Position numbers and translations under genes: made by a program. Of a stretch of DNA of 64,000 nucleotides, positions 35,642-44,630 are shown in pieces. The notes under the pieces are model-generated. The model ran no database searches. It was not told the origin of the DNA and saw nothing but the letters and a program-made list of their open reading frames with translations. The stretch comes from Bacteroidales bacterium (GTDB taxonomy: Bacteria > Bacteroidota > Bacteroidia > Bacteroidales > JAADJA01). Position 1 is the first letter of the stretch. Each line of letters opens with the position of its first letter. The stretch is taken from contig JALSSR010000090.1 in assembly GCA_026984135.1 (NCBI GenBank), forward strand, positions 2,451 through 66,450, given 5' to 3'.

Positions 35642-37126
35642 TTATTTGTTATTATATTTTGCTTTGTCAAGTCTTGTCAGGTTTTCTACCGAAAAAATCT
35701 CCTTTATCTGCTCTTCGGTCAGAAGTTTCTTTTCACGAACAAGCTCCAATATTCCTTTTCCCGTTTCCTTTGCCTCTTTGGCCAGTTCGTCGCCGACATG
35801 ATGTCCCAAAACAGGATTCAATGCAGTAACAATACCGATTGTTGTCTCCAGATTCTTTTTATCGGTATCCTCATTAACTGTGATTCCGTCAATACAATCT
35901 TCGCGGAATGTTTTCATGGTGTTTGTTAAAAGTTTTTGTGATTCGAAGATTGTAAGCCCCACAACAGGTTCATAGGCATTAAGCTGTAAGTCGCCATCGG
36001 AAGCGGAAATATTTACCGTAACATCATTCCCGACAACACGATAGCTAACGAGAGCCATTAATTCGGGGATTACGGGATTTACTTTACCCGGCATAATTGA
36101 TGACCCGGGTTGCCTTGGTGGAAGATTGATTTCAAAAATTCCGTTTCGCGGACCCGAAGATAGAATGATAAGGTCGTTGGAAATCTTTGAAAGTGTTGTG
36201 GCCAAAGTTTTTAGTGCCGATGAATAGACCACAAAGCCATGTAAACTTGATGTTGCAGCGATAAGATCGTCAGCATTTGTAAGGTCGTATCCCGTTATCT
36301 CACGCAAATTTTTAATAATAAACTCCTGATAACCGTCAGGGGTGTTCAACCCCGTACCTATTGCGGTACCACCCATATTTAAAACTTCCAATGATTTTGC
36401 GGCATTGTCAAGATTATCAATTTCCCAATCTATCATAGAGGCGTACGAATAAAATTCCTGTCCCACGGTCATAGGTACGGCATCCTGAAATTCTGTCCGC
36501 CCCATCTTAACAACTTCAAGATATTTGCTTCCAAGTTTTTCAAAAGATTTTTTAAGCCGGGTCATTTCGGCTTTCAACTTATCGTGTTGAAGCAGCATAG
36601 TCAGTTTCAGTGCAGTTGGGTATGTGTCGTTGGTTGACTGCGACATATTTATATCATCATTCGGAGATATTTTTTCATAATCTCCTTTTTTATATCCGGC
36701 GAGTTCCAGAGCTCTGTTGGCGATAACCTCATTGGCATTCATATTTGCCGAAGTCCCCGCACCACCCTGATAAAGGTCTATTTTAAACTGGTCAAGTAAT
36801 TTTCCGTCAATCAGGTCCTGACAGGCGGGTTCTATCATTTTCAACTTTTCCGGCTTCATTTTTCCGGCTTCCGTATTGGCACGCGCGGTAGCCAGCTTAA
36901 TCATACCCCAGGCTTTCATAAAATCGGGATAATCATTGATATATTGTCCCGATATTTTAAAATTTTGCATTGCGCGTGCAGCCTGTGCCCCGTAGTATGC
37001 ATCGGCAGGTACTTTGATGTCGCCGAGAAGATCGGTTTCCGTACGAAACTCCTGTGTCTGTAGAGTACCGCTTATCATAATAAAAAGCAGTATTAATCCG
37101 GAAATAAGTTGTAATTGTTTTTTCAT
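35642..37126 (-). CDS. aspA: Aspartate ammonia-lyase (fumarase/aspartase family)
   Basis: The sequence TETDLLGDIKVPADAYYGAQAARAMQNF aligns with the aspartase N-terminus. The GSSIMPGKVNP signature is present. I trimmed the start from the listed 37291 to the ATG at 37126 (MKKQLQL...). An ATG at 37078 is an alternative start. Confidence 0.85.
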   Translation of the reverse strand: MKKQLQLISGLILLFIMISGTLQTQEFRTETDLLGDIKVPADAYYGAQAARAMQNFKISGQYINDYPDFMKAWGMIKLATARANTEAGKMKPEKLKMIEPACQDLIDGKLLDQFKIDLYQGGAGTSANMNANEVIANRALELAGYKKGDYEKISPNDDINMSQSTNDTYPTALKLTMLLQHDKLKAEMTRLKKSFEKLGSKYLEVVKMGRTEFQDAVPMTVGQEFYSYASMIDWEIDNLDNAAKSLEVLNMGGTAIGTGLNTPDGYQEFIIKNLREITGYDLTNADDLIAATSSLHGFVVYSSALKTLATTLSKISNDLIILSSGPRNGIFEINLPPRQPGSSIMPGKVNPVIPELMALVSYRVVGNDVTVNISASDGDLQLNAYEPVVGLTIFESQKLLTNTMKTFREDCIDGITVNEDTDKKNLETTIGIVTALNPVLGHHVGDELAKEAKETGKGILELVREKKLLTEEQIKEIFSVENLTRLDKAKYNNK

Positions 37127-37156
37127 AATTATTTTAGTTAAGGTTACCATCAGCAG

Positions 37157-37164
37157 CAAAGTTA
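37157..37164 (-). promoter_or_regulatory. -7 box TAACTTTG for the aspA-ansB-porin-gltS operon
   Basis: The + strand reads CAAAGTTA, which is TAACTTTG on the - strand. It lies 31 nt upstream of the ATG at 37126. Confidence 0.45.
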
Positions 37165-37326
37165 ACAATAAATTGTTTGTAAAAACAAAAGAAAATAAAA
37201 ATACTGTTACTACCCGGCACGTGTAAGTAGATAAAAAATCATTAGATAATAATTTTCTAATAAGAAGTATGACTGAGTAGTAACATTTCATTTCTATGTT
37301 TTTAAGATTTCACGTTAATTATTTAT

Positions 37327-37334
37327 TATCTTTG
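37327..37334 (+). promoter_or_regulatory. -7 box TATCTTTG
   Basis: This is an exact TAnnTTTG match 31 nt upstream of the ATG at 37365. Confidence 0.5.
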
Positions 37335-37364
37335 TGAATAGTTTTAACCCTAAAAAATAAAATT

Positions 37365-38057
37365 ATGACAAACATTATTTCAGAAGCAATTTCAGCCGTT
37401 AAAAATTGGTGGTTGTTTCTAATTCTCGGTATCCTTTTGGTTTTGGGCGGCTTTTGGGTTACCCGGACACCTGTTGAAAGTTATCTTGCCCTCTCAATGG
37501 TTTTTGTTGCCCTGATTTTGATAAACGGAATTATGCAAACAGTATTCTCTATTACAAACAGAGAAGCTATTAAAGGATGGGGATGGTACTTAACAGGTGG
37601 TATTTTTGAAATTCTGGTTGGTATTTTCCTCTGGAGCTACCCGGCCATTTCAATGGTTATTTTGCCATTTGTTGTCGGATTCTGGCTGCTCTTCAGAGGC
37701 ATCTCCGTAATTGCCTTCTCCACAGATCTTAAAGACTTAAAGATCAAAGGATGGGGATGGATACTTACATTGGGGATACTTTTAACAATTATGTCCTTTT
37801 TTATGGTAATGGACCCTGTCTTTGGAGCTTTCAATTTGATTTTCTTAACCTCTTTTGCCTTGATATTTATGGGAGTCGCATATATAATGTTTTCTTTTAA
37901 GCTGAAATCCATAAAATCAAAAACAATTGATGTTGCAAAAAATCTTAATCTTGGAATAGGTGATCTGAAACAAGAAGTGTTGGATAATCTTAAAGAAGCT
38001 TCACAGGAGACAAAAGACAAGATTGGTAAAATGTTTGATAATTACGATAATAGGTAG
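37365..38057 (+). CDS. HdeD/DUF308-family membrane protein
   Basis: The protein has six predicted TM helices with the repeated W-x-L/F-x-L-G-I-L...G pattern (NWWLFLILGILLVLGGFWV). Confidence 0.7.
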   Translation: MTNIISEAISAVKNWWLFLILGILLVLGGFWVTRTPVESYLALSMVFVALILINGIMQTVFSITNREAIKGWGWYLTGGIFEILVGIFLWSYPAISMVILPFVVGFWLLFRGISVIAFSTDLKDLKIKGWGWILTLGILLTIMSFFMVMDPVFGAFNLIFLTSFALIFMGVAYIMFSFKLKSIKSKTIDVAKNLNLGIGDLKQEVLDNLKEASQETKDKIGKMFDNYDNR

Positions 38058-38119
38058 TGTTTAATGGCGGCTATTCATTTTTTTAGTACCGCATTTTAAT
38101 AAGAATTACAAGGAAATAA

Positions 38120-38160
38120 AACAGAGGTAATATAAAAGATAAATTGCCTCTGTTATTTTT
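38120..38160 (+). terminator. Rho-independent terminator between convergent genes
   Basis: AACAGAGG(TAAT) at 38120 pairs with (ATTG)CCTCTGTT ending at 38154. It is followed by ATTTTT. Confidence 0.65.
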
Positions 38161-38185
38161 GTTATACCAAACCTATGCAAAAACA

Positions 38186-40413
38186 TTATTTTTTAACATC
38201 ATCAAGCTGCATCTCTTCTTTCTTTTGAGCATTCTCAGGCTTGATGGATGTATGCCTGTTTTTGACAATATTCATCTCGTCAATAAGCCGTGTTGCACCC
38301 GCATATTTGTCAATTATGAACAAAACGTAACGGATATCAACTGATATTGTGCGTTGCAATTCGGGTTCAAAGGCAATATCACCGCTCATTGCTTCCCAGT
38401 TACCGTCAAAGGCAATACCGATAAGCTCACCATATCCGTTCATCACCGGACTACCCGAGTTGCCTCCTGTAATGTCGAGATTTGAAATAAAACAGGTGTG
38501 CATTCTGCCGTCCTCCCCGTAAATGCCATAGTCCTTAGCTTCGTAAAGTTCCTTTAATTTCGGAGGAACAACAAATTCCCAGTTGTCAGGGTCTTCTTTT
38601 TCCATCACACCCTTAAGTGTAGTGTAATAGTCATAAAAGACTGCATCCGCCGGATAATACGGAAATACTTGTCCGTAAGTCATTCTCATAGTGAAGTTGG
38701 CATCGGGATAGAATTTTTTATCGGGTTCCATTTCGCGCAAACCCGCAATGAAAAGCCTGTTACCTTTATCCAGTTTATCGTAAGCTTTACTGAGAATTTT
38801 ACTGTAATTACCGTAATAATAATCCGTAAAAGCTTTATACAGCTTATAGGCAGGGTCTTTTTCTATTTTTTTTGCCGATGGTTTCTCTATCAAAGCATCA
38901 ACTTTTTCCGGTGTTGTAAAAACGGATTTGTCAAAGACGTAATCGGCATATTTTCCGAAATCGTTTTTGTATTTGGACGCAATCTCTTTTAAGTAGGGAG
39001 GTTGTTGGTCTTCCGGAACGTTTTTGTGATACATTTCAAGCATTGCGGCAAGCAGTTTGCGGTCGGTGGGTTCATTATAGTTTTTAAAATGTCTTTCTTC
39101 CCGTTTTTTAAGTAAGAAATGGTTTTATCCACTTTTTCCCGATCCACCTCTTTCTTCGAGAGCTGATATGCCAGATTTGAAAAATTATTTGCAAATCCGG
39201 GCAATTCGCTTCCCCGCTGAATGGCTTCTCTGAGGTAAATTCTTGCCAGTTCATATTTTTCTATGGTTGAATAGGCATCGCTTATTATCTTTAAAACATC
39301 ACCGTATTTTTCTTTTCTTGCATTGTCGGCATCAACCCAATCGCTGAATCTGTTTTCCAGTTCAACCTTTTTGTCGTAAACGTGAAGGCGTTTCAGCCCT
39401 TTTGTCTGTCCAATGTAATATTTCCAGTAGTTTGAAGTACCGGCATATTTTGATGCATATTTAATTCTTACTGCCGGGTCGGCCTGCATATCGGCAAGCA
39501 TAATTTTCAGTTTCTTATCCCTGATGGTAACAATGGTATTATTTGAAATATCAAGGGCAAGTTTTATTCCGAAAGAGGTCATATATCTTTCGGTGCTGCC
39601 AGGATAACCGAGTATCATAGCAAAATCACCTTCGTGGACACCTGCAACCGAAATAGGTAGAGAGTGTTTGGGTTTCAACGGAACATTATCTTCGGAATAG
39701 GGTGCGGGATTACCGTCTTTATCGGCATAAACCCTGAACATGGAAAAGTCGCCAGTATGCCGGGGCCACATCCAGTTGTCGGTATCGGCACCGAACTTAC
39801 CTATTGAGGAGGGAGGAGCACCTACTAATCTTATATCTGTAAAAACCTCATAAACAAAGAGATAAAACTCATTGCCTTCAAAAAAGCTGCGGACGGATGC
39901 CGTATAGTGTGTGCCGTCTGTAGCTTCGCCGGTTATCTCCTTTGAGATTTTTCTTACAGCCTTCCACCTTGAATCTTCGCTCATAGTGTCGCTGAGAACT
40001 TCTTGTACACGCTTGGTTACATCTTCAATCCTTACCAGAAAAGTTGCCTTTAGCCCGGGGTTCGGAAGCTCATCGGCTAAAGTTTCAGCCCAAAAACCGT
40101 TTGTGAGGTAATCATGTTCCAGAGATGAATGAGCCTGTATGGAACTGTACCCGCAATGGTGGTTCGTTAGCAGTAATCCCTGATCGGAAATGATCTCGCT
40201 TGTACAACCGCCACCGAAAATAGCAACGGCATCTTTTAAACTTGAATGGTTGATGCTGTAAATTTCTTCGGGTGTAAGATGTAACCCCTCTTTTTGCATA
40301 TCAACATAATTCAGTCTTTCGATAAAAATGGGAAGCCACATTCCCTCGTCGGCTTTCGTCATTGGAGCAAGTCCAAGAACCAAAGCAGTTAAAATAAGTA
40401 AAGTCTTTTTCAT
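38186..40413 (-). pseudogene. S46-family dipeptidyl-peptidase (DPP7/DPP11-like) split by a 1-nt frameshift in a homopolymer
   Basis: ORFs 38989-40458 and 38186-39043 are the N- and C-terminal parts of one ~740-aa protein. The N-terminal part has the signal peptide MKKTLLILTALVLGLAPMTKA followed by DEGMWLP and LLTNHHCG. The C-terminal part has TGGNSGSPV. The two frames can be joined only within 39090-39120, which contains a T6 run (39104-39109). Confidence 0.8.
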
Positions 40414-40465
40414 TTGAATATTATTTTGATTAGTTAATAAGATTTTACAATAAAACAACTATCCG

Positions 40466-41557
40466 TTATACAAACTCCTCACCCTTTTCAACCTTTACCG
40501 CGTTCACCATTTCTCTTATGCTCTGTTCGTCGCGTTTACGGCAAATAAGAAGTATGTCGTCATTTTCCACAACAATATAATCATCAAGCCCCTGCAAAAC
40601 AATGAGTTTGTTTTCAGGCATATTTACAATGCTGTTCTTTGTGTCGAATGTCATTACATTTTTTCCAATAATTGCATTGTTGTCATTATCTTTTTCTCTT
40701 ATCTCGAACAGCGAGCCCCAGGTACCAAGGTCGGACCATCCGAAATCAGATGCCAGAACATAAACATTGGTTGCCTTTTCCATAACTCCGTAATCAATGG
40801 AGATGTTTTTGCATACGGGATATGCCTTGTCAATAAATTCCTGCTCTTTATCAGTGTTGTAAATGCCTTTACCCTCCTTAAATATGGAATCTACCTCAGG
40901 TAAATGATTTTTGAAGGCTTTTAGGATAGTTTTTGCCGACCAGATAAAAATCCCGGAATTCCATAGAAAATCACCGCTGTCCAAGAACTTGACGGCAAGA
41001 TCATAATCGGGTTTTTCGGTAAATGTTTTTACTTTCCTGATCCTTTTGTCCTGTTCAAAAGGGTTGGAATCCTCAAACTGTATATATCCGTAACCTGTTT
41101 CCGGTCTTGACGGGGTAATACCGAGAGTAAGCAGCCAATCGTTATCGGCTGTGGCATTTAAGGCCGAAAGGATAACATCCGTAAAGGTATCCTCTTTCAA
41201 AATAATATGGTCAGAAGGTGCAACAACGATATTTGCTTCCGGATTTGACTCGTTTATTTTATAAACCGCATAGGCTATTGCCGGAGCGGTATTTCGGCGC
41301 ATCGGTTCGCACAGTACCTGATTGTTCGTAAATCCTTCAAGCTGTTCAAGAACCATCTCACGGTATATCTCATTTGTAACAATGAGAATGTTTTCCCTCG
41401 GACAAATTTTCAGAAAGCGGTCAACCGTCTGTTGAATCAGTGTTTTTCCCGTTCCGAGAATGTCAATGAATTGTTTCGGGTGTGAAGTGCGGCTCATAGG
41501 CCAGAATCTGGCTCCGATGCCTCCTGCCATTATAACACAGTAATTATTCTTGTTCAT
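40466..41557 (-). CDS. Mannose-1-phosphate guanylyltransferase (nucleotidyltransferase only, no PMI domain)
   Basis: MNKNNYCVIMAGGIGARFWPMSRTSHPKQF is the typical N-terminus. I place the start at the ATG at 41557, which avoids overlap with the upstream gene. Confidence 0.8.
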   Translation of the reverse strand: MNKNNYCVIMAGGIGARFWPMSRTSHPKQFIDILGTGKTLIQQTVDRFLKICPRENILIVTNEIYREMVLEQLEGFTNNQVLCEPMRRNTAPAIAYAVYKINESNPEANIVVAPSDHIILKEDTFTDVILSALNATADNDWLLTLGITPSRPETGYGYIQFEDSNPFEQDKRIRKVKTFTEKPDYDLAVKFLDSGDFLWNSGIFIWSAKTILKAFKNHLPEVDSIFKEGKGIYNTDKEQEFIDKAYPVCKNISIDYGVMEKATNVYVLASDFGWSDLGTWGSLFEIREKDNDNNAIIGKNVMTFDTKNSIVNMPENKLIVLQGLDDYIVVENDDILLICRKRDEQSIREMVNAVKVEKGEEFV

Positions 41558-41576
41558 ATTTCTGTATATTTTAAAT

Positions 41577-42182
41577 TTATTTTTCAATAATTTCAACGGT
41601 CATTAGAGGGCTGACAAGATAAATCCTGCCATCATCAAAACGTTTGCATCGAAAACGTTTTCTCAGTTTTTTTTGTTTCTGAAATATAATTCCATTGTAA
41701 ATTTTAAAAACCGCTCCCTCGGGAAGATCTTCAAGAACGGTTTCATTCCGGTGCCGATTATACTTTTTCAGCACCCGCACTAAATTAGTATCAATTCGTG
41801 ACGATTTTTTGAAAAATTCAATAAGTGCCTCTCTTATCTCCTCAGGAAATATATTTTCATTGTCAATAAAGACCTGCATTAAAGTTTTAAATTCCGTTTT
41901 CCACTCTTTGCCATGCGGTTTCACCTTTCCCTTATACTTTTCCCAGGTGACGAGATGTGCAAATTCGTGAACAAAAGTAATTAAAAAGTGATACTTATTC
42001 AAGTCGTGATTTACAGATATGGAGTGATGTCTTTGGCGCAACGGCGGCCTGTAGTCTCCCAACTTCGATACTCTGCTTTTGCTGATGGAGAATTTCAGGT
42101 TATGTTGCCCTATCCAGTCAAGAATAACAGGAACCGATTCCTCGGGAAGGTATTTGAGTAAAATATCTTTATCCGACTTCAT
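41577..42182 (-). CDS. SprT-like zinc metalloprotease-domain protein
   Basis: The protein is ~200 aa and contains the HExxH motif in FVHEFAHLVTW. Confidence 0.65.
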   Translation of the reverse strand: MKSDKDILLKYLPEESVPVILDWIGQHNLKFSISKSRVSKLGDYRPPLRQRHHSISVNHDLNKYHFLITFVHEFAHLVTWEKYKGKVKPHGKEWKTEFKTLMQVFIDNENIFPEEIREALIEFFKKSSRIDTNLVRVLKKYNRHRNETVLEDLPEGAVFKIYNGIIFQKQKKLRKRFRCKRFDDGRIYLVSPLMTVEIIEK

Positions 42183-42336
42183 AAATCAAATAATTATCAG
42201 ATAATTTGTTATCATTAATACTGAATTCAGGGCATTCGCGACATTTCTTGTTTGCCTTGCGAGTAGATGAGCAGGAGGTAAAAAAACCGGCAGTTAAAAG
42301 TATTATAACCAATAGAATATTAAATCTGTTTTTCAC
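42169..42336 (-). CDS. Possible 55-aa lipoprotein (below the ORF-track size cutoff, GTG start)
   Basis: My manual translation gives VKNRFNILLVIILLTAGFFTSCSSTRKANKKCRECPEFSINDNKLSDNYLIYEVG. It has a lipobox-like FFTSC. The stop overlaps the first codons of the SprT-like gene. Confidence 0.35.
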   Translation of the reverse strand: MKNRFNILLVIILLTAGFFTSCSSTRKANKKCRECPEFSINDNKLSDNYLIYEVG

Positions 42337-42456
42337 GTTATTTGTTTTTAAAAGAAACCGCTAAAATACGGAATTATTGTTTTTTATAAGTTGTTATTTA
42401 CTTTTTTTTAATTGATTACAGAATAATATTTAATTTCGCAAAAGAAATGTAATGGA

Positions 42457-43191
42457 ATGTTGAGCAGATTCGGGAAATATATTTTGTTGATGATTCAGGT
42501 TATTCGACGACCTGAAAAGGGTAGTGTTTATCGCAGTCAACTGATAACGGAGATACAAAGTCTTGGTGTCGAATCGCTTGGTATTGTTGCAATTATCTCC
42601 TTGTTTATGGGTGCCGTCGTTGCCATTCAAACATCATATAATATTGACAACCCCTTAATTCCGGTATCAACAATCGGTTTTACGGTTCGTCAATCCGTTA
42701 TCCTTGAATTTGCGCCTACTATTATAAGCCTTATACTTGCCGGAAAGGTCGGCTCCCGTATTGCCTCCGAGATCGGAACGATGCGGGTTACCGAGCAGAT
42801 TGATGCACTTGAGATAATGGGCATAAATCCTGCCAACCATTTGATTTTTCCTAAGGTTACCGCAGCAATGCTCATAAATCCGGTATTGATAATTTTGAGT
42901 ATGTATTTCGGAATAATCGGAGGCTGGCTTGTTGCTGTTTTTACTGACCTTTATACTGTGAATGAATTTATATACGGTATAAGATGTTGTTTTGAAGGAT
43001 ACAGTATTTTCTATGCATTGATAAAAACGGTGGTTTTTGCATTTCTAATTACATCTATTTCCGGATTTGAAGGTTTTATTGTAAAGGGAGGTGCCGTTGA
43101 AGTCGGTGCTGCAAGTACACGAGCTGTGGTTTGGAGCAGTATTATGATAATACTCTTTAATCTTATACTTACTCAATTGTTGCTGTCGTAA
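42457..43191 (+). CDS. mlaE: MlaE-family ABC transporter permease
   Basis: This 244-aa membrane protein has the pattern SLGIVAIISLFMGAVVAIQT...VTEQIDALEIMGINP, typical of MlaE/Ttg2B. Confidence 0.8.
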   Translation: MLSRFGKYILLMIQVIRRPEKGSVYRSQLITEIQSLGVESLGIVAIISLFMGAVVAIQTSYNIDNPLIPVSTIGFTVRQSVILEFAPTIISLILAGKVGSRIASEIGTMRVTEQIDALEIMGINPANHLIFPKVTAAMLINPVLIILSMYFGIIGGWLVAVFTDLYTVNEFIYGIRCCFEGYSIFYALIKTVVFAFLITSISGFEGFIVKGGAVEVGAASTRAVVWSSIMIILFNLILTQLLLS

Positions 43192-43203
43192 AAAAAATAA
43201 CTG

Positions 43204-43971
43204 ATGGTTGAAGCATTACATATATCAAAATCGTTCGGAGATAATCAGGTTTTAAAGGATATTACCGTTAAGTTTGAAAAAGGTAAAACGAACTTGATAA
43301 TAGGACAGAGCGGATCGGGAAAAACCGTCCTGATGAAATGCCTGGTGGGATTGTATGAGGTTGATGAAGGTCATATTGTTTTTGATGACAGGGACTTTTC
43401 AGCAATGACTTTCAAAGAGAGAAAAAAGATCAGGCAAGAGATAGGAATGCTTTTTCAGGGAGGAGCATTGTTTGATTCGATGAACGTTCAGGAGAATATA
43501 ATGTTTCCGCTTACAATGTTCACGGATCAGACGCTTGAAGAGAAGCTGGAAAGAGTGAACTTCTGCCTCAAATGGGTAAATCTTGAAAATGAGAATAAGC
43601 TATATCCGGCCGAACTTAGCGGTGGTATGACAAAAAGAGTTGCCATTGCCCGTGCCATTGCCCTGAATCCCAAATATCTTTTTTGTGATGAACCCAACTC
43701 AGGACTCGACCCCCATACTTCCGGTGTTATTGACGATCTTATCAGTAAACTGACCGAGGAATTTCAAATTACTACAATCGTTAATACACATGATATGAAT
43801 TCCGTAATTAAAATCGGGGATACCATTTCATTTATCTACCAAGGGCAACTTTGGTGGAGCGGGGATAAAACTCAAATTCTTGATGCCGATAATAAGGAAC
43901 TGAATGAATTCGTTTTTGATACGGAACTTACAAAAAGATTGAAAAAACACAGAGCGAAAAAGATAAAATAG
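43204..43971 (+). CDS. mlaF: MlaF-like ABC transporter ATP-binding protein
   Basis: Walker A is GQSGSGKT, the ABC signature is LSGGMTKRV, and Walker B is LFCDEP. Confidence 0.8.
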   Translation: MVEALHISKSFGDNQVLKDITVKFEKGKTNLIIGQSGSGKTVLMKCLVGLYEVDEGHIVFDDRDFSAMTFKERKKIRQEIGMLFQGGALFDSMNVQENIMFPLTMFTDQTLEEKLERVNFCLKWVNLENENKLYPAELSGGMTKRVAIARAIALNPKYLFCDEPNSGLDPHTSGVIDDLISKLTEEFQITTIVNTHDMNSVIKIGDTISFIYQGQLWWSGDKTQILDADNKELNEFVFDTELTKRLKKHRAKKIK

Positions 43972-44017
43972 CATTCTTACATTTGATTGTTTTGTTTAGT
44001 ATGTTAATATAAAGAAT

Positions 44018-44563
44018 ATGAATTACATTGATATAATAATAGCTATACCTATGGTCTGGCTTGGATTTACAGGATTCAGGAAAGGTTTTATCGTTGAGCT
44101 ATTCTCACTCGCGGCACTTGTGGTCGGTATTTATGCAGCGGTTTATTTTTCGGATTATGCAGCACGGTTCTTAATCGAAAACTTTGCAATGAACGAAGAT
44201 TATGTGCCGATAATTTCATTTATTATAACATTTATCGGAGTAGTTATTATCGTTTACTTTGTTGGTAAATTACTTGAAAAACTGGTTAATATGGTTGCTC
44301 TCGGTGTCCTGAACAAGTTGGGAGGTGCTGCATTCGGCATATTGAAAGCAGCGGTTTTCCTGAGTATTGTCATAATGCTTATAAACAGTCTTGACAATAA
44401 ATGGATACCGAAAGAGAAAAAGAAAGAGTCCGTTTTATATGCTCCCGTTGCGGGAATAGCCCCATTATTGTGGAATAAACTTGAAGAACTGGATATCAAT
44501 AAATCAACTTTTGAAAAGTGGAAAGAGAAAGGAAAGGAGATCATTGAGGGAGAGGATGAGTAG
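44018..44563 (+). CDS. cvpA: CvpA-family membrane protein
   Basis: The N-terminus MNYIDIIIAIPMVWLGFTGFRKGFIVELFSLAALVVG, with four TM helices, fits the CvpA pattern. Confidence 0.7.
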   Translation: MNYIDIIIAIPMVWLGFTGFRKGFIVELFSLAALVVGIYAAVYFSDYAARFLIENFAMNEDYVPIISFIITFIGVVIIVYFVGKLLEKLVNMVALGVLNKLGGAAFGILKAAVFLSIVIMLINSLDNKWIPKEKKKESVLYAPVAGIAPLLWNKLEELDINKSTFEKWKEKGKEIIEGEDE

Positions 44564-44630
44564 TAATTTAACGACCTGTAAAACACTCACCAACAATAAT
44601 TAAATATTGCACTAATTTCCGGAACCGACG

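Noticed and set aside
37127-37291. I considered the 5' extension of aspA to 37291. I considered similar extensions for 40414-40458 (S46 peptidase), 41558-41596, 48062-48163, 50199-50243 and 57352-57390.
   Set aside because: The extended N-termini are hydrophobic nonsense or overlap the neighbouring gene. For aspA the extension also crosses the predicted -7 box. Internal ATGs give canonical signal peptides or family-typical N-termini.
34548-38020. I considered the antisense ORFs inside ansB, aspA and the HdeD-like gene, such as 34548-34874, 34592-34939, 35600-35929 and 37637-38020.
   Set aside because: They lie opposite strongly supported genes and have no family resemblance.
38186-40458. I considered treating 38989-40458 and 38186-39043 as two separate genes.
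   Set aside because: The catalytic His is in the first ORF and the catalytic Ser in the second. The combined length equals a normal S46 peptidase, and the tail of the first ORF is out-of-frame nonsense.
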